Source: Dehalococcoidia bacterium
Lineage (GTDB): Bacteria > Chloroflexota > Dehalococcoidia > UBA6926
Length of the DNA stretch: 64,000 nt
Direction of reading: 5' to 3'
NCBI GenBank assembly: GCA_963666115.2
Contig: CAXXET010000008.1
Span: 1-64,000 of the forward strand
Below, piece by piece: positions 60,211-64,000 of the stretch. Within the stretch, counting starts at the first letter, position 1, and each line of letters starts with the position of its first letter. The notes below the pieces were generated by a model, which saw only the letters and a program-made list of their open reading frames with translations, was not told the DNA's origin and ran no database searches. Both the position numbers and the translations under genes were made by a program.

Positions 60211-63200
60211 ATGCCTTTTTCGCCCGTATCCAGCAAGGTCTCGTTCCCGGACATGGAACGGGACGTTTTGCAATTCTGGAAGGACAAGGACATCTTCCGC
60301 CGTTCCATCCAGAGGCGGGAGAACGGCCCGATCTTCACGTTCTTCGAGGGGCCGCCCACCGCCAACGGCGCCCCCGGCGTCCACCACGTCCTCGCCCGCG
60401 TCTTCAAGGACGTCATCCCACGCTTCAAGACCATGCAGGGCTACCAGGTGCCCCGCAAGGGCGGCTGGGACACGCACGGCTTGCCGGTTGAACTGGCCGT
60501 CGAGGCTGAACTGAACCTGTCCACCAAGCGCGACATCGAAGCGTACGGCATCGCGAAATTCAACGAGAAGTGCAAGGAGAGTGTCTTCCGCTACGTGCAG
60601 GACTGGGAATCGCTGTCCGAGCGCATCGCTTTCTGGGTGGACATGGATGACCCGTACGTCACCTACTCGAATGAGTACATCGAGTCCGGCTGGTGGATCT
60701 TCAACCAACTCTGGGACAAGGGGCTCATCTACCAGGGCTACCGCGTGACGCCGCACTGCCCCCGCTGCGTCACCTCCCTCAGCTCCCATGAGGTCGCCCT
60801 GGGCTACAAGGACGACGCCGAAGACCCCTCCGTCCACGTCAAGTTCCGCGTCCACGACAGCGCAAAGGCGCGTGAGCTGCTGGGCGAGGGCGGTTCGCCC
60901 GCCTATCTGTTGGCATGGACGACGACGCCCTGGACGCTCCCCGGCAACACCGGCCTCGCGGTCGCCGTCGGCGCGCGCTACGTCGTCGCCGAGGGCCCGT
61001 GGGGCAGGGACGGCGGCAATGAGCGCCTGATCCTCGCCGACGCGCTCACCGATCAGGCGCTCGAGGGCGACTACGAAATCCTCGGCGAGTTCTCCGGAAG
61101 AGAATTGGTCGGCCTCACATATGAGCCGCTCTTTAACTACGCTGTTCCCGACGGCTACGCCGGCAAGGTCGTCGCAGCCGATTTCGTCCTGCTCACCGAG
61201 GGCACCGGCATCGTCCACATCGCGCCCGCCTACGGCGCCGAAGACCTGAGCGTCGGCAACGCCGAGGGCCTGCCTGTCGTCCACACGGTCAACATCGACG
61301 GCGCAATGCTCGATTATGAAAGCGCTCCCTGGTCGGGCAAGTTCTTCAAGGACGCCGATCCGGACATCGCCGCAGACCTGGATGAGCGCGGCCTCCTCCT
61401 GCGCGGCGGCACAATCGAGCACACATACCCCTTCTGCTGGCGCTGCGACGAGCCGCTCCTCTACTACGCGAAGGAGTCCTGGTACATCCGCACGACCGCC
61501 CTCAAGGACAGGCTCATCTCCGCCAACCGCGAGATCGGCTGGGTGCCTGAGCACATCGGCGAAGGCCGGTTCGGGGAGTGGCTCCAGAACAACGTCGATT
61601 GGGCGCTCTCACGCGAACGCTACTGGGGCACGCCCATCCCGCTGTGGCTCTGCGACGGGTGCGGTGACCCGATGGCCATCGGCAGCATCGAGCAGCTCGC
61701 CGCGCAGGAGGGCCTCGAGGGCTACACCCCCGGCATGGACCTCCACCGCCCCTTCATCGACGATGTCACGTTCGCCTGCGGTTCATGCGATGGCCGCTAC
61801 CGCCGCATCCCGGAGGTCATGGACGCGTGGTATGACTCCGGCGCGATGCCCATTGCCCAGTGGCACTACCCGTTTGAGAACGTGGACGTATTCGAGCAGC
61901 AGCAGATGGCCGACTACATCTGCGAGGGCGTGGATCAGACGCGCGGCTGGTTCTACACCCTTCACGCGCTCGCCGTCCTCCTCTTTGACCGCCCCGCCTA
62001 CAAAAACGTCCTCTCCTTGGGCCACATCCTGGACGGCGAGGGCGAAAAAATGTCCAAGTCGCGCGGCAACGTCGTCGAACCCTGGGACATCCTCGAGGCC
62101 CGCGGCGCGGACGCGCTCCGATGGTACATGTACACGGCCTCCACCCCCGGCAACGCCCGCCGCTTCTCCGCCAACCTCGTGGGCGACACCGTCCGCCGCT
62201 TCCTGCTGCCCCTCTGGAACACCTACAGCTTCTTCGTCACCTACGCCAACGTGGACGGTTTCGACCCCGCCTCCACGCCCGCCCCGCCGTTGGCGGACCG
62301 TCCGCTCCTTGACCGCTGGCTCGTTTCCCGCCTGCAGGGGCTGATCGCGTCCGTCACGGACGCCATGGAGCGGTACGAAGTGATGGAGGCCACGCACGCC
62401 ATCGAGTCGTTCGTCGATGAGTTGTCCACGTGGTACGTGCGCCGCAACCGCCGCCGCTTCTGGAAGTCCGACAACGACTCCGACAAGGCCGCGGCTTACC
62501 ACACGCTCTACGAGGCGCTGACGACGCTTTCCCGCCTGCTCGCGCCGTTTACGCCGTTCGTCGCGGAGCACATGCACCGCAACCTGGTCTCCTCTCTCAC
62601 CGAGGATGAGCCGGAGAGCGTCCACCTTGCGGGCTGGCCGGCGGCGGACGACGCGCTGCGTGACACGGCAACGGAGGACGACGTGCGTCTCGCAATGCGC
62701 CTCTCAAGCCTGGGGCGCGCGGTGCGGGGCAGGGCGCAGATCAAGGTGCGCCAGCCGCTGGCGGAGATGTTGGTCATGCTGCCCGGGCGCGCCGAGCGCG
62801 AATCGCTCGCCCGCATAGATGACCAGCTCATTGAAGAACTGAACGTCAAGGCCGTCCGCGCCGTCGAGGACGAATCCGCCTTCCTCTCCGTCCGCGTCCG
62901 CCCCAACCTCCAGAACCTCGGACGCCGCCTTGGCGGCGACCTGCCAAAGCTGACCGCCCACATCGAGAGCCTGTCCGATGCCGAACTCAACGCCGTCGCC
63001 GCCCGTGTCCGCAACGAACAGTCGCAGGACTTGGCCGGTTTCACCCTCTCCCATCAAGACCTGCTCGTCGATACCGAAGACCGCCCGGGCTACCTGAGCG
63101 GCGCAGAGGGCATCCACACCGTCGCCCTGAACACAGAAATCACAACCGAACTCCGGCGCGAAGGCCTGGCCCGCGAACTGGTCCGCCACCTCCAGGAACT

Positions 63201-63420
63201 CCGCCGCACAGCCGCCCTAAACGTCTCAGACCGCATCACAGCCTACGTCTCCGGCAACGGGGCCAACATCCCAGACACGCTGTCCGACTATGGCGACTAC
63301 ATCCGCCAGGAAACCCTGGCCGTGGACATCCTCCAAACCACCCCCGCCGAAGGCGCAGCCACCGAGACCGTCAAACTTGACGACGATACGGTCACAATCG
63401 GCGTAGAAAAGGTGGGCTGA
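60211..63420 (+). CDS. ileS: Isoleucine--tRNA ligase, type 2
   Basis: EGPPTANG, GWDTHGLP, WTTTPWTL, DWALSRERYWGTP, KMSKS; type-2 C-terminus without the IleRS1 zinc finger. Confidence 0.97.
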   Translation: MPFSPVSSKVSFPDMERDVLQFWKDKDIFRRSIQRRENGPIFTFFEGPPTANGAPGVHHVLARVFKDVIPRFKTMQGYQVPRKGGWDTHGLPVELAVEAELNLSTKRDIEAYGIAKFNEKCKESVFRYVQDWESLSERIAFWVDMDDPYVTYSNEYIESGWWIFNQLWDKGLIYQGYRVTPHCPRCVTSLSSHEVALGYKDDAEDPSVHVKFRVHDSAKARELLGEGGSPAYLLAWTTTPWTLPGNTGLAVAVGARYVVAEGPWGRDGGNERLILADALTDQALEGDYEILGEFSGRELVGLTYEPLFNYAVPDGYAGKVVAADFVLLTEGTGIVHIAPAYGAEDLSVGNAEGLPVVHTVNIDGAMLDYESAPWSGKFFKDADPDIAADLDERGLLLRGGTIEHTYPFCWRCDEPLLYYAKESWYIRTTALKDRLISANREIGWVPEHIGEGRFGEWLQNNVDWALSRERYWGTPIPLWLCDGCGDPMAIGSIEQLAAQEGLEGYTPGMDLHRPFIDDVTFACGSCDGRYRRIPEVMDAWYDSGAMPIAQWHYPFENVDVFEQQQMADYICEGVDQTRGWFYTLHALAVLLFDRPAYKNVLSLGHILDGEGEKMSKSRGNVVEPWDILEARGADALRWYMYTASTPGNARRFSANLVGDTVRRFLLPLWNTYSFFVTYANVDGFDPASTPAPPLADRPLLDRWLVSRLQGLIASVTDAMERYEVMEATHAIESFVDELSTWYVRRNRRRFWKSDNDSDKAAAYHTLYEALTTLSRLLAPFTPFVAEHMHRNLVSSLTEDEPESVHLAGWPAADDALRDTATEDDVRLAMRLSSLGRAVRGRAQIKVRQPLAEMLVMLPGRAERESLARIDDQLIEELNVKAVRAVEDESAFLSVRVRPNLQNLGRRLGGDLPKLTAHIESLSDAELNAVAARVRNEQSQDLAGFTLSHQDLLVDTEDRPGYLSGAEGIHTVALNTEITTELRREGLARELVRHLQELRRTAALNVSDRITAYVSGNGANIPDTLSDYGDYIRQETLAVDILQTTPAEGAATETVKLDDDTVTIGVEKVG

Positions 63421-63441
63421 TCAGAGCGCTTTGCCCGTCGC

Positions 63442-64000
63442 TTATTCGGCGACCAGGCGCTTTGCGACTTCTATAAGCGCAGTGACACCGGCGGCATCCA
63501 GCCCATCCACTCCGAGTCCGTGGGCGAGCGCGTTCCTCACCTTCATGGCATCGTTCAGATGGTTGTAGTCCGCTCTATCAATAACGCCTTCGTAGCCAGC
63601 GACCTCAAGCATGTTGTACGACGTGAAAATCCGCAGCGGCTCCCGCTGTGCCTCGGGTATCTTGTTCCGCAGGGCGGCTTCGCAAACAGACCAGGCGAGC
63701 AAGTATGCTGCTTCCGTCAAGCCGCTGGACAGAGCCGTTTCAGCTTGCCGAATCCGCTGAGTCATCCCCGCTTTGTCGATCAGGCTTGTGGCCTCCGGCG
63801 CATCAAGAATGCCGGGCTCACCCACAAGTACCAAGTCGAAGCTCCAATCAGGTTGTGACTCCACCTCAAGGGCTAGTTCTTCCACCTGCGGAAGCGCCTT
63901 GAGGGACGATCTCGTCTTAACCTCCACAACCCTGTGGTCCGTGCCCTTCACAGCGACAATATCGGCAATATAGCCGGGCGCGAACTCCACCGGCGAGTTC
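63442..64000 (-). CDS. PD-(D/E)xK (REase-like) + HEPN-like protein, probably 5'-truncated by the window edge
   Basis: ADIVA...VVEVKT nuclease motif; AYLLAWSVCEAALR and RNALAH (RxxxxH). Confidence 0.7.
   Translation of the reverse strand, partial: NSPVEFAPGYIADIVAVKGTDHRVVEVKTRSSLKALPQVEELALEVESQPDWSFDLVLVGEPGILDAPEATSLIDKAGMTQRIRQAETALSSGLTEAAYLLAWSVCEAALRNKIPEAQREPLRIFTSYNMLEVAGYEGVIDRADYNHLNDAMKVRNALAHGLGVDGLDAAGVTALIEVAKRLVAE

Overview
High-GC bacterial chromosome segment; gene content and order suggest Chloroflexota (Dehalococcoidia/SAR202-like), which is an inference. The left third (1-~21390, minus strand) is one giant secreted repeat protein of over 7,000 aa that runs off the left edge. 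It has at least 11 modules of ~2 kb (DxDxDG head, Cys pair, GLUG-type Gly-rich repeats, WDFGT end motif) joined by Calx-beta/Ig-like and FN3 domains, and is broken by clustered single-base frameshifts that are probably assembly indels. Next come tRNA-Ile, a dual-OB + 2xDUF488 cluster behind mazG, tRNA-His and two MFS transporters. A speD-like/speB pair follows, preceded by a structured leader (H-type pseudoknot + terminator, candidate riboswitch), then rsmD-coaD and an acyl-CoA dehydrogenase. An accessory zone at 35.6-44.4 kb holds a tandem trypsin-like protease with one dead domain, interleaved duplicated gene 3' ends, three toxin-antitoxin pairs (two sharing one DNA-binding N-terminus) and a HEPN-like zinc-ribbon protein. 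The right part has a Mo-hydroxylase large subunit, rsmG, GmrSD, an ABC exporter, a SAMHD1-like HD protein with a YwgA/Panacea-like partner, the rpmH-rnpA-yidD-propeller-yidC-jag operon, a GVHH-type IleRS2 and a partial REase-HEPN gene. All domain calls come from recognising motifs by eye; no searches were run.
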